A stretch of DNA of 63,065 nt, filler included. It is 6 parts of 6 records of this genome, joined end to end, with 100 filler letters (N's around TTAATTAATTAA, not from the genome) between each part and the next. Parts side by side here need not be neighbours in the genome. Positions count along the whole stretch, not along the records: positions 20,421 to 38,568 come from SRR2962707_2194; 5 more parts are not named here. One strand, written 5' to 3'. How positions within the stretch are numbered: the stretch's first letter is position 1; each line of letters starts with the position of its first letter. The notes under the pieces were generated by a model. It made no database searches, was not told the DNA's origin, and was given only the letters and a program-made list of their open reading frames with translations. Positions 29,014-38,568 of the stretch are shown here, piece after piece. The position numbers and the translations under genes are program-made.

Positions 29014-30660
29014 ATGAGCGAGGTCGCCCCGCCGACACTGAACACTTCCGCCGCTACTGCGCAAGCGCTGCTGCAACGGCTGATCGTGACGGAAGCGCCA
29101 CCAGCCCTTGCCAGCCTTCCCCCGGGCACCAAACTAGACGTTCTGGTCGCGGAACTTGTCGATGCGTTTCAGATCAAGCTGTCCTCAACACTCGGCGATA
29201 TTTCGGTCAAGGTTCCGCAGCAGCTGCCCGTGAAAACCGGGGACGCATTGCTTCTGCAACTGCTCAACGGCGGCACAACACCAAGGGTCCAGCTCGCAAC
29301 CCCGGACGGCAGGCTTTTGACGGCGCCGGGCCGGACCGCGTCAGCTGCGCCGGGAACATTAACGCCGGGCGGCACGCCGGGGTCGGTATCGGCAACCGCT
29401 CCATCCACCGTAGAGGTCAGACCCGGTGCGCTGATCACTGCGCAGTTGCTCCGCCCGATCACCCTGAACCCGGCGCTGACAGTTATATCATCGGCGGCAG
29501 GCAGTCCGGCAGGGACAGCAGGAACCATCCAACCGGCGCAAACCGGTCCGGGTCTCAGCGGCCCGCAGACGGCGCAGACCGCCGTCAATTCAGGTCAGAC
29601 CACTGTGTCTGCGTCGGCTGGTGGACAGGGATCGTCCAGCCCCGTGAGCGGACAGGCCCCCACAGGCGGCAACACACTGCTGCCCGCCGGGAGCGGCCTG
29701 AACATTAAAATCATCAGCATCACCCTGCCTTCTGTCACAAGTGCGCCGAGCCTGACCCCGCCTCCCGTTGGGGGTCAGATATCACTTGCGCCCGGTGCCA
29801 CGCTGAGCGGTATCGCCAGCGGCAGTCAGGGCGTCGGCCAGACGGTCGTGCAGACCCACGCGGGGCCGATATCGTTGCCGACGCAACAGGCCCTGCCCCC
29901 CGGCACCGAAATCCGCTTTGAGATCAACTCCTTCAAACCACTCACCCCCGGCGCTGCCCAACATGGGCCCTTGCATGCCGGCGCCGCGCCGCTGCTCGAC
30001 GGGGACTGGCCGACCTTTGACGAAGCCCTGAGCCTGTTGCATGAATCCGCCCCCGGCGCCCATCAACACATCATGCAAACCGCCCTGCCCCGTGCTGATC
30101 CGCAACTGGCGGCGAACGTACTGTTCTTTCTGTCCGCGCTTCGGGGCGGCGATATCAGGAACTGGCTCGGCGACGGGCCGGTACGTATCCTTGAAAAACT
30201 ACGCCCCGATCTGGCCGGACGGCTGAAAAGCGACATGACGCAAATGACCCGGCGCATGGATGACCCGGTGACCGGGGACTGGCGGGTGCATGGTGTACCA
30301 TTTCTGTTCGGCTCGGAGATCGACCGCATACAGCTTCTGATCCGCGATCAGGACGAAGACGATGATAGCGGGGACGAAGACAGCAAGGGTGGCACGCGTT
30401 TCGTCGTTGATCTGAATCTGAGCAATCTGGGCCACCTGCAGATCGACGGCCTTGTCGGTGAAAAGAACAAGCGCCTTGATCTGGTGTTGCGCAGTGACGA
30501 TCCGCTGGCGCCGAACGTGCGCGATGACATCAGGCAGATCTACAACGAAGCCCTGGAACTGACCGGCATCGAAGGATCCGTCGGATTTCAGGCCCGGCCG
30601 GGCAACTTCGTCAACATTCACAAACCCGCCGCCGGTACCGGTGGTGATATCATGGCGTGA
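29014..30660 (+). CDS. FliK-like (hook-length-control-like) protein
   Basis: P/T/A/G-rich low-complexity middle; C-terminal RFVVDLNLSNLGHLQIDG resembles the FliK C-terminal domain; in the flagellar operon. Confidence 0.55.
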   Translation: MSEVAPPTLNTSAATAQALLQRLIVTEAPPALASLPPGTKLDVLVAELVDAFQIKLSSTLGDISVKVPQQLPVKTGDALLLQLLNGGTTPRVQLATPDGRLLTAPGRTASAAPGTLTPGGTPGSVSATAPSTVEVRPGALITAQLLRPITLNPALTVISSAAGSPAGTAGTIQPAQTGPGLSGPQTAQTAVNSGQTTVSASAGGQGSSSPVSGQAPTGGNTLLPAGSGLNIKIISITLPSVTSAPSLTPPPVGGQISLAPGATLSGIASGSQGVGQTVVQTHAGPISLPTQQALPPGTEIRFEINSFKPLTPGAAQHGPLHAGAAPLLDGDWPTFDEALSLLHESAPGAHQHIMQTALPRADPQLAANVLFFLSALRGGDIRNWLGDGPVRILEKLRPDLAGRLKSDMTQMTRRMDDPVTGDWRVHGVPFLFGSEIDRIQLLIRDQDEDDDSGDEDSKGGTRFVVDLNLSNLGHLQIDGLVGEKNKRLDLVLRSDDPLAPNVRDDIRQIYNEALELTGIEGSVGFQARPGNFVNIHKPAAGTGGDIMA

Positions 30661-30661
30661 G

Positions 30662-31042
30662 ATGATGGACGAAACCGACACCCTGCGTAATCGCCGCGAG
30701 GTTCTTGAGACCCTGCCGGCCCCATTGCCCCGCCATGACGCAGTGGTCGTTCTGGAAAGCGACTGCATGGGGGCGAAGCTCCGGCTGCGCTATGTCCCGG
30801 ACCGCGACGTTCTGGTCCCGGAAAGCCTCAGCCGATATGTCGAGGCGATTGCCCGATTGCCGTTCACCAGCTTTGAGGAAACCGCACAGACCATCCTGGA
30901 AGACATCAACGATCAGGTCATCCCAAGCTGGCTTGAAGTGATGCTGACCCGGAACGCGCCGGAAATGCGACACGAAGTCCGCATCGAGGACCGTCAGCCG
31001 AACTGGCAGGACCGCGGCCTGCTCGACCGGCTGGCCCCCTGA
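30662..31042 (+). CDS. QueF-like T-fold protein lacking the catalytic CPxTGQPD motif
   Basis: LETLPAP...LRLRYVPDRDVLVPESLSRYV...FEETAQTILEDINDQVIPSWLEV aligns by eye with unimodular QueF; starts 1 nt after the upstream stop. Confidence 0.65.
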   Translation: MMDETDTLRNRREVLETLPAPLPRHDAVVVLESDCMGAKLRLRYVPDRDVLVPESLSRYVEAIARLPFTSFEETAQTILEDINDQVIPSWLEVMLTRNAPEMRHEVRIEDRQPNWQDRGLLDRLAP

Positions 31043-31144
31043 AATAGGCAAAATTGACAGTCTGAATCCCCAATCGGCAAAAACGGACCGGCGATCGGCC
31101 CGTGCCGTCAGGGCTAAATCATTGAAATAATTACATACTAAAAA

Positions 31145-31160
31145 TGGCATTTTATTTGCT
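31145..31160 (+). promoter_or_regulatory. Sigma-54 (-24/-12) promoter
   Basis: TGGCATTTTATTTGCT = GG-N10-GC. Preceded by IHF-like TAAATCATTGAAA (31115-31127) and GGCAAAA ftr-like elements (about 31046-31090). Confidence 0.8.
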
Positions 31161-31198
31161 TACAAACCCTTAATGACAATTCACGAGGGGGTTCAGCA

Positions 31199-32014
31199 AT
31201 GTCACTGTCTATTGATCAGGTCGGGTACTACACACCCGCCTACATCGGCCGTATTCAGGCACAGGAAGCGGAAACTGCGGCCATCGGCAAAGACGGTGAC
31301 AACGAAGCCGAAACGCCTTCTGCAGGCCCGCTGAGCGGATCGGGAACGCCGCTGCTTTCAAGTGATGATGTCCGGTTACTTCTGTTGCGCGATGTCAAAG
31401 GCGCCGACCTCGAAGGCTACAAGGGTGTTCTCGAGCAGTTCTACAGTGACCCCGCCAACAACGATGATCCGGTCGCGTTCCTGAAAAACCTCAGCGATGA
31501 GGGCATTGATCTGTTGAGGCGGGCGCAGTCCCTGCCTGCCGGCGCCCATATTGATGTCAACAGTCTGAACAAGGAAGAAGCGCTGAACTTCATCCTGCCC
31601 CACAGCCGCAAGGTCGATCTGGATAATGACGGTCTCGTCGAAGGAGCCAACGGCGGCAAGGGGTTCATGTTTCCGCCGGTGAACGCCTCGCAGGCAGTCA
31701 AGGATGCCTGGGCGGATGCGACAAAGGGCATGAGCGAAGGCGACAAGATGCTCCTGACCGGACGTTTTTTCTTCATGGCCTTTTCGGCGAACCTACACGT
31801 GGACGAAAACGGCAAGGTCACACGGACGGAGCCCGATGAACCCGGCTGGCGGAATATTTTTGCCGAAGAGGATTTTTCATACAGCGAAGCCATCGACCGG
31901 CTCAAGGAAGGCAACGAATTCAACCGCCCCAACAACTCCCCTGAAATCTATGAACGGGTCAAAGACTTGCTGGCCAGGCTTGAACAGGCTTTCGACTCTC
32001 ACGCCATCGCTTAG
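31199..32014 (+). CDS. Hypothetical protein (DLDNDG motif), probably sigma-54 dependent
   Basis: 271-aa ORF with GAGGGG RBS and its own sigma-54 promoter; converges on fliJ. Confidence 0.85.
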   Translation: MSLSIDQVGYYTPAYIGRIQAQEAETAAIGKDGDNEAETPSAGPLSGSGTPLLSSDDVRLLLLRDVKGADLEGYKGVLEQFYSDPANNDDPVAFLKNLSDEGIDLLRRAQSLPAGAHIDVNSLNKEEALNFILPHSRKVDLDNDGLVEGANGGKGFMFPPVNASQAVKDAWADATKGMSEGDKMLLTGRFFFMAFSANLHVDENGKVTRTEPDEPGWRNIFAEEDFSYSEAIDRLKEGNEFNRPNNSPEIYERVKDLLARLEQAFDSHAIA

Positions 32015-32445
32015 CCGTTACCGTCCCGCCGCTTTTTGTTAAAACCGGTGATGCCGATTTCATCGAGGTCGAGCTGCTCGACGCGGCTTTCCTCGGCTTC
32101 GATACGCGCCACGCGCCGCTCTTCGGTGATCTCGAATTTCTTGTATTCCAGAAACGCCAGCCGCAGTTCTTCACGGGCCGCAGCGACCTGCTGTTCCTGC
32201 TGGGCGATCCGGCGCTGATAATCCTCGCGCCGGAGAATGGTCTGTTCGGCGTACGCGCCGTAATAGATACCGCCCTCGATCGGGGCTGATGCGGCATGCG
32301 CCTGTTCACGCTTCAGTTCATCTTCGAGGTTCTGAAGCAGGCTGTACAGGTTTTCAAGCTGCCGCAGTTCTTCGGCGAGCATGCGGCGCTTCTGATCGAC
32401 TTCCCAGTCGTTCAGGCGCACCAGCGTTTTGAAATCGCGGGCCAT
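32011..32445 (-). CDS. fliJ: Flagellar export chaperone FliJ
   Basis: 144-aa coiled coil directly after fliI, ending EQLDLDEIG. Confidence 0.88.
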   Translation of the reverse strand: MARDFKTLVRLNDWEVDQKRRMLAEELRQLENLYSLLQNLEDELKREQAHAASAPIEGGIYYGAYAEQTILRREDYQRRIAQQEQQVAAAREELRLAFLEYKKFEITEERRVARIEAEESRVEQLDLDEIGITGFNKKRRDGNG

Positions 32446-32451
32446 CTAACG

Positions 32452-33828
32452 CTAGCCTGAACCGGGTTGTCCGGCAGGTTGTCCCTCAGCGGGGGGATCG
32501 CCGGGCATGCCGAGAATTTCATAGAGCTGCTGATAGCCCTCTTCGAGCGATGCGTTCTCGCCGATGCTTTGCGACAGGTATTCTTCAAGCTGCGGGTAAT
32601 AGCTGATCGCTTCGTCTACGGCGGCGTCGGAGCCCTTGCGGTAAGCGCCAAGGCGGATCAGTTCGGCCATATCCTCATAGGTCGAGAGCAGTTTCCGGGC
32701 GCGCACGATGGCGGCATTCTGGGCCTGCGTGTTACAGGCCGGCATGGTCCGCGATATACTGCGCAGTACATTAATCGCGGGATAGCGGTTGCGTTCGGCG
32801 ATTTCACGGTCCAGCACCACGTGCCCGTCGAGAATACCGCGCACGGCATCGGCCACCGGTTCGTTATGATCATCACCTTCGACAAGCACCGTGAACAGAC
32901 CGGTGATATCCCCCTGCCCGCCATGTCCGGGACCGGCGCGTTCCAGCAGTTTCGGCAGTTCGGCAAACACCGACGGCGTGTAGCCCTTGGAGGCCGGCGG
33001 CTCGCCCGCAGACAGGCTGATTTCACGCTGCGCCATGGCGAACCGCGTCACGCTGTCCATCATGCAGAGCACGTTCTTGCCCTGATCACGGAAATATTCC
33101 GCCACCGCCAGCGTCACGTAGGCGGCCTGACGGCGCACCAGCGGCGGCTCGTCCGACGTCGCCAGGATGACGACGGTGCGTTTCATCCCCTCTTCGCCCA
33201 GATAGTCCTCGATAAATTCCCGTGCCTCCCGCCCGCGTTCGCCGATCAGGCCGACGACGCTGATTTCCGCATCCGTATTCCGTGCCATCATCGAAAGCAG
33301 GGTCGACTTGCCGACCCCGGACCCGGCGAAGATACCCATCCGCTGACCCCGGCAGGTGGTCAGAAAGGTGTTCATGACCCTGACCCCCAGATCGACCTTG
33401 CCGGCAACCCGACGGCGTTTGTGAGCAGGCGGCGGGTTTGCGTGAATCTGATAGCCCCTCATCCCGGACTCGACTGAGCCCAGATCATCCAGTGGCTCAC
33501 CGAAGGCATTGATGACCCTGCCCAGCCAGGACACATCGGGATAAATCGAAGGTTCCGTGGAGGCCAGCTCCGCCTGACAGCCAAGCCCGATCCCGTCCAG
33601 CGACCCGAACGGCATGACAAGTGCGCGGCCCCCTCTGAAGCCGATCACCTCGCAGATGACCTGGCGGCCCTTGCGGCCATCGACACGCACATGATCACCG
33701 ATCGACAGCGTGCCCTGCAGCCCGCCGATCTCGACCATCAGGCCGACGATATCCGCAACCCGCCCGAAGACCTGATGATCCGGCAGGCGCGCGACTTCGT
33801 TGGCGATGTTATTGGCAAATACCCGCAA
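32452..33828 (-). CDS. fliI: Flagellar export ATPase FliI
   Basis: GQRMGIFAGSGVGKST, LIGERGRE, DSVTRFAMAQRE, GILDGHVVL, YPAINVLRSISR. Confidence 0.96.
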   Translation of the reverse strand: MRVFANNIANEVARLPDHQVFGRVADIVGLMVEIGGLQGTLSIGDHVRVDGRKGRQVICEVIGFRGGRALVMPFGSLDGIGLGCQAELASTEPSIYPDVSWLGRVINAFGEPLDDLGSVESGMRGYQIHANPPPAHKRRRVAGKVDLGVRVMNTFLTTCRGQRMGIFAGSGVGKSTLLSMMARNTDAEISVVGLIGERGREAREFIEDYLGEEGMKRTVVILATSDEPPLVRRQAAYVTLAVAEYFRDQGKNVLCMMDSVTRFAMAQREISLSAGEPPASKGYTPSVFAELPKLLERAGPGHGGQGDITGLFTVLVEGDDHNEPVADAVRGILDGHVVLDREIAERNRYPAINVLRSISRTMPACNTQAQNAAIVRARKLLSTYEDMAELIRLGAYRKGSDAAVDEAISYYPQLEEYLSQSIGENASLEEGYQQLYEILGMPGDPPAEGQPAGQPGSG

Positions 33829-33902
33829 AGGCTTTCACCCGTCCCTTTTCAGAGCGCCTGTCCCACAGGCGCTGAACCCGGGAACAGGATGCCCGGTCAT
33901 TC

Positions 33903-33939
33903 CTAAATTTGTGTAAAGGATTTGCATTTGGTTAACCAT
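33903..33939 (-). promoter_or_regulatory. Possible CtrA-type sites upstream of fliI
   Basis: Minus-strand TTTA-N7-TTAG (33903-33917) and TGGTTAACCAT half-site (33929-33939). Confidence 0.4.
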
Positions 33940-34065
33940 AACAGATCAGCCGGGACAGGGCCAAAAGTCTGATTCCGATACAATCACGCCCACTACCTTG
34001 CCGTTCTCCGGCAAAGTCCTTAGGTAAGAAACTAAATAATCTTAAAAATCGCGGGGGGACGGGCC

Positions 34066-35628
34066 TTGAATGCACATGCGGAAAACTGGGACGAAACCGT
34101 CGATATCGTTGTCGTCGGCTTCGGATTTGCCGGCGGCACGGCTGCGATCGAAGCCCATGATCTGGGCGCGAACGTTCTGTTGGTCGAAAAGAACCAAACG
34201 CCCGGCGGGATATCCATCTGCTCGGCAGGGGGCGTGCGGATCGCCAGGGACCGCGACGCTGCGTTTACCTATCTGAAGGCGACCAACGCCGGCACCACCC
34301 CAGATGAACCGCTGGCCGCCCTCGCCGACGGCATGACGAGCATTTCAACCTTCATCGAAGATCTCGCCGCAGCCGCCGGTGCCATTCCGGTCACCAACTG
34401 GATGGCCGGGAACTATCCGTTTGAAGGGTTCGATACCTTCGGCTTTATCTCGATTGCCGAATATCCCGGTCTCGACCTGAACGAAAAATATCCGCACGTA
34501 CGCGGCCTCAGGGGCGGCACACGGATGTTCGCGGTGCTTCATCACAATGTCGAAGCGCGCGGCATCCCCATCAGATATTCCACAGCGGCAGAGCGGCTCA
34601 TCACGTCGCCCGATGGTGCGGTGACGGGGGTCGTGCTTCGCGATGAGACAGGGACACGGCGGGTGCGGGCGCTGGGCGGCGTCATCCTTGCCTGTGGTGG
34701 CTTCGAAGCCGACGCCGCCATGCAGGCGCAATACTGGCAGGGCAAACCCGTGATGCCGCAGGCCTATCTCGGCAACACAGGCGACGGTATTCGCATGGCA
34801 CAGGCCGTGGGCGCCGATCTCTGGCACATGTGGCACTATCACGGCACCTACGGGATGCCTCACCCTGATCCGGGCTATCCTTTCGGCATGCGGCTGATGA
34901 AGTTTCCGGACTGGATCCCCGAACAGGATGAACCCGACGATGTCCCGGCCTTCTTCTCGGCCAATCACGGCAAACGCATGCCATGGATCGTCGTCGATGC
35001 GCGGGGCCGCCGCTTCATGAACGAATATCCGCCCTATGTGCAGGACACCGGCCACCGCGACATGGAGATCATGGACCCGGTCAGCCGGACACATTTACGC
35101 AACCCGGCATGGCTGGTCATCGATTCAGCGGGCCTCGCATCCGGGCAGATGGGTCTGCAGACCTATAACGACCATAACCAGACGTTCCTGTGGAGTGCCG
35201 ACAACAAGCAGGAAATCGATCTGGGCATCATCAAGGGCGCCGACACTTTGGCGGAACTTGCCGAAATCATGGGTGCACCGGCAGACGCGCTCGAAGAAAC
35301 CGTGCAGCGCTGGAATGATCACTGCGCTGCCGGCGAGGACGGCGATTACGGCCGGCTCGCGGAATCCCTGGTCCCGATCAAGGAGCCCCCCTATTACACG
35401 ACCGAACTGCGCCCACTGGTCGGCAACACCCAGGGCGGCCCGGTGCATGATGCACGCCAGCGTATCCTCAACCCGTTCGGCGAGGTGATCCCCGGCCTGT
35501 ATAGTGCCGGAGAGCTGGGCAGCGTGTTCGGACACCTCTATATCTCGGGCGGCAATCTCGCCGAATGCTTTATCGGCGGACGCTGTGCGGCCCGCGAAGC
35601 CAAGAACAACATCAAACAGAATAACTGA
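34066..35628 (+). CDS. FAD-binding-2 flavoprotein (fumarate-reductase / 3-ketosteroid-dehydrogenase superfamily)
   Basis: VVVGFGFAG, LACGGFE, NTGDGIRMA, GRRFMNE, NTQGGP, IPGLYSAGE, GGNLAEC..GR. Confidence 0.9.
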   Translation: MNAHAENWDETVDIVVVGFGFAGGTAAIEAHDLGANVLLVEKNQTPGGISICSAGGVRIARDRDAAFTYLKATNAGTTPDEPLAALADGMTSISTFIEDLAAAAGAIPVTNWMAGNYPFEGFDTFGFISIAEYPGLDLNEKYPHVRGLRGGTRMFAVLHHNVEARGIPIRYSTAAERLITSPDGAVTGVVLRDETGTRRVRALGGVILACGGFEADAAMQAQYWQGKPVMPQAYLGNTGDGIRMAQAVGADLWHMWHYHGTYGMPHPDPGYPFGMRLMKFPDWIPEQDEPDDVPAFFSANHGKRMPWIVVDARGRRFMNEYPPYVQDTGHRDMEIMDPVSRTHLRNPAWLVIDSAGLASGQMGLQTYNDHNQTFLWSADNKQEIDLGIIKGADTLAELAEIMGAPADALEETVQRWNDHCAAGEDGDYGRLAESLVPIKEPPYYTTELRPLVGNTQGGPVHDARQRILNPFGEVIPGLYSAGELGSVFGHLYISGGNLAECFIGGRCAAREAKNNIKQNN

Positions 35629-35640
35629 CGAAAAGCTCAT

Positions 35641-36324
35641 ATGCGCGCAAAGCTCGTCACCTATGATGTCTATATGGCGCTGCTGGATATCGAAGGCAGC
35701 CTGACATCCGTGGTCCGCGACGGCCTCGGCCTCGACACCGGCACCGCCGCCGCGTTCGTCAAACTCTGGCGCGCCAAGCAGATGGAACGCGCCGCCGCCA
35801 GCAACTCGCTCGGCAAGGCCCGGACGTCGTTCCGCGACTGCACGGCAATGGCGCTGGATTACTGTCTCGCCAGGCATGATCTCTCAATTGCGAAAGAAAC
35901 CCGGCACGATCTGATTTACGCATGGGACGACATCAGACCATGGCCGGAAGCCGACGCCGCCATATCCGCGGTCAAGGCGAAGGGATGCCGGACCGCGATC
36001 CTGTCCAACGGTGATCAGGAGATGCTCGATGCCGTGGCTGGAAATTTCGCCCCCGATACCTTCGATCATGTTCTGTCGTCGGAAACCGCCGGGTATTACA
36101 AACCGCATCCCGCCGTTTACGATCTGCCGCGCGCCGTCCTCGGGATCGATATGGATGATGTTGTTCACGTCGCCGGCAGCCCCAACGACGTTACCGGGGC
36201 CATTGCCGCCGGCATGCGCTGCATCTGGTCTAACCGGCACCGAGACCGGCTTCTCGACCCGGCCTACCCGGCAACATACGAGGTTGCCGATCTTGCGGGC
36301 GTTGCCGAACTCATCGACAGCTAA
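35641..36324 (+). CDS. Haloacid dehalogenase type II-like HAD hydrolase
   Basis: YDVYMALLD, WRAKQ, ILSNG, YKPHPAVY, HVAGSPND. Confidence 0.85.
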   Translation: MRAKLVTYDVYMALLDIEGSLTSVVRDGLGLDTGTAAAFVKLWRAKQMERAAASNSLGKARTSFRDCTAMALDYCLARHDLSIAKETRHDLIYAWDDIRPWPEADAAISAVKAKGCRTAILSNGDQEMLDAVAGNFAPDTFDHVLSSETAGYYKPHPAVYDLPRAVLGIDMDDVVHVAGSPNDVTGAIAAGMRCIWSNRHRDRLLDPAYPATYEVADLAGVAELIDS

Positions 36325-36331
36325 AGCCTGC

Positions 36332-36366
36332 AAAAGAAAAAGCCCGGGACAAAGCCCGGGCTTGTT
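36332..36366. terminator. Probable bidirectional intrinsic terminator
   Basis: AAAAGAAA-AAGCCCGGG-acaaag-CCCGGGCTT-GTT between convergent genes. Confidence 0.8.
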
Positions 36367-36385
36367 CGTCTTCGATGCGTTTAAG

Positions 36386-37360
36386 TCAGCAGCCTGCGGT
36401 GCACTTGCCCATGCCGTCGAAGGACATGGTCTTGCCACTCAGCGGCACATGCACGGGAACCGTAACCGCCTTCATGAACATTTCGGTCCGGGTACCGGCG
36501 CGGACCTTGCCGCCCTCGGTCGCCGGCTCGTTGGCATGAGAGGCAATCACAGACGCCGGTTTGATCAGCTCGTTGACCACATACGCCGCCTCTTTCGGAC
36601 CGGTTGTGAAGGTATCGCCGATGTTCATGACGACCAGCTTGGCCTTGTACTGATCGCCGACGACGATTTTCTGTTCCGCCGTGACGCCGGTATCGCCCGA
36701 CAGATAGACAACCAGACCGTTGGAGAACGTCAGGACATAGCCCGTCGGTGGACCGGCGTAGGCCGTTACCCCGGCCTCATCCAGATGCTTGCCGAGATCG
36801 CCGCCGATCATCGCCCCGGCGATGCCGTTGGAGTGCACGGCAGGCACGGTCGTGACGGTGACGCCGTTCAATTTCCTGTTGGCGCCAAACCGCACCAGCT
36901 GTGAATTCTTGGGATCGCCGCCGAGCATCTTCAGCTTGTTGCCAAAGAATTTCGGCATTTCGCTGCCGGTAATGATCTTCGCGTTCTTGGCCAGGGCGAT
37001 ATCGACGGTGTTGGTGTTCGGCACCGTCGAGACGGATACATCCGGTTTCGCACATTCACCCGAATTCGGCGCCGGAATACGGCGGTCACCGGCATGGTCG
37101 CCGTGCATATGGCTGACCAGCAGGGCATCGATTTTTCCGAGACGCGGATCATCCCCACCGGCGACGGTACGACCGGCATCATAGAGAATCCGCGTGCCGT
37201 CCGGGTCTTCAAAGATCATCGCCCGGTCGAAGGGGCAGAATTCGCCGTCAATCGCACCCAGCGGTGTGACTTTAACAACGGACGCCTGAGCGGCGGGGGC
37301 CGCCGTGGCGCACAACGCAACCAGCGCGACCGCCGGCATGATACGAATGGCTTTAAACAT
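36386..37360 (-). CDS. Secreted metallo-beta-lactamase-fold hydrolase
   Basis: Signal peptide; SHMHGDH, AVHSN, YLSGDTG, IASH; ATG 37360 with GGAGG RBS. Confidence 0.88.
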   Translation of the reverse strand: MFKAIRIMPAVALVALCATAAPAAQASVVKVTPLGAIDGEFCPFDRAMIFEDPDGTRILYDAGRTVAGGDDPRLGKIDALLVSHMHGDHAGDRRIPAPNSGECAKPDVSVSTVPNTNTVDIALAKNAKIITGSEMPKFFGNKLKMLGGDPKNSQLVRFGANRKLNGVTVTTVPAVHSNGIAGAMIGGDLGKHLDEAGVTAYAGPPTGYVLTFSNGLVVYLSGDTGVTAEQKIVVGDQYKAKLVVMNIGDTFTTGPKEAAYVVNELIKPASVIASHANEPATEGGKVRAGTRTEMFMKAVTVPVHVPLSGKTMSFDGMGKCTAGC

Positions 37361-37531
37361 GGTTCCTCCCAACTGTATGGCCAAATTCATGGCGTGATGA
37401 CTGATGATGTCAGCTTATCGGCCCGGGTATCGTGCACCGGGTTCCATACTTTATAAGGGGATTAGTGAGCTAATTCGCAATCAATTCTTTGTCAGCGGAA
37501 AAACGCAGGAATTACAAAGAATTGCCGGCGG

Positions 37532-38284
37532 TCAGGACCCGGCCGTTTTGGCCTTTCCGGGCTTGGCCCCACAATGCACGTCGATATCGGTACGGCGGTT
37601 GTTTTCGTTTTTCACGCCGTCATAGGTATGCACCTTGAGACGGCGTTCGCCCCAGGCTTCGACGCTGTAAACGTCGATCTTGGCGGCGCGCAATTTCATT
37701 GCCACGTAATCGGCACGGGCACGGGAAAGCTTGAGGTTGTTGAGGTCATTGCCGAGCGTATCCGCGAACCCGGTCACGTCGATTTCACAGGGCCCGTTCG
37801 CCAGGTGCTTTTTGATCTCGGGGATCACCTTGGCAATCTGTTTGTCGGCGGACGCGCCATCCGCCTTGCCGATGCCAAAGTAGACGGACTCGGAGTATGT
37901 CGCCTTTTCTTTTGCCGGAACTTCAACAACCTTCGGCTTCCGGTTTTCCTCGGCAAGCAGCTTGCTCAACCCGGCAGAGATCGTTTTTTGTTCGGCGAGA
38001 ATTTCCTCGGTGGCACGCTTCAGGGCATTGATATCCTCGGCAACGGCGCCATTCCCTTCCGGGCTGATCTGTTTCAGGGCTTCCGCGGTCTTACCGGCCG
38101 TGGTCCGGATTTCCTCGACCGTTTGCGTCTGCAGTTCCATAACCACGGAGCGGGTTTCCGCCTGATGGGTCTTCAGTTCCTTGCGCAGGAAATCGAACGC
38201 CACATAGCCGGCCGGAATGACACCGGCCAGAACGATCACGGCGGCGAGCACGAATTTACCCGTAGAAGCACTTTTCTCAGACAT
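37532..38284 (-). CDS. Membrane-anchored OmpA-like peptidoglycan-binding protein
   Basis: N-terminal TM helix, coiled linker, VTGFADTLG..NLKLSRARA..V, WGE, NRRTDI. Confidence 0.88.
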   Translation of the reverse strand: MSEKSASTGKFVLAAVIVLAGVIPAGYVAFDFLRKELKTHQAETRSVVMELQTQTVEEIRTTAGKTAEALKQISPEGNGAVAEDINALKRATEEILAEQKTISAGLSKLLAEENRKPKVVEVPAKEKATYSESVYFGIGKADGASADKQIAKVIPEIKKHLANGPCEIDVTGFADTLGNDLNNLKLSRARADYVAMKLRAAKIDVYSVEAWGERRLKVHTYDGVKNENNRRTDIDVHCGAKPGKAKTAGS

Positions 38285-38568
38285 GTCCCAGTCCTGTCCG
38301 GCTTTCAGAAGCCTGTTTCATATCATAGTCCCGGGTGAATGGACACACATCTGACGCATGGTGCCCGCGTTCTGATCGAAACGCCGGAATACAAAAAATG
38401 TTGTTTTTGCGACGATCAAACCCGGAAATCGTCAACTCTGAAATTAACCGCCTCCGGTTAATCCCGTTTGAACCCTCTGAATCCCTTGGTGAGCAAGCCT
38501 TTCCGTTAGTGATTCATAAAGGTTAACAAAAAACCCCCTAAAGGGTTTGGCGCAGACTCCGCAAATGG

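Noticed and set aside
37532..38284. OmpA-domain protein as the missing MotB
   Set aside because: Its TM helix lacks the MotB W...(Y/F)AD...LL.FF motif. motA without an adjacent motB is, to my knowledge, usual for this cluster type.
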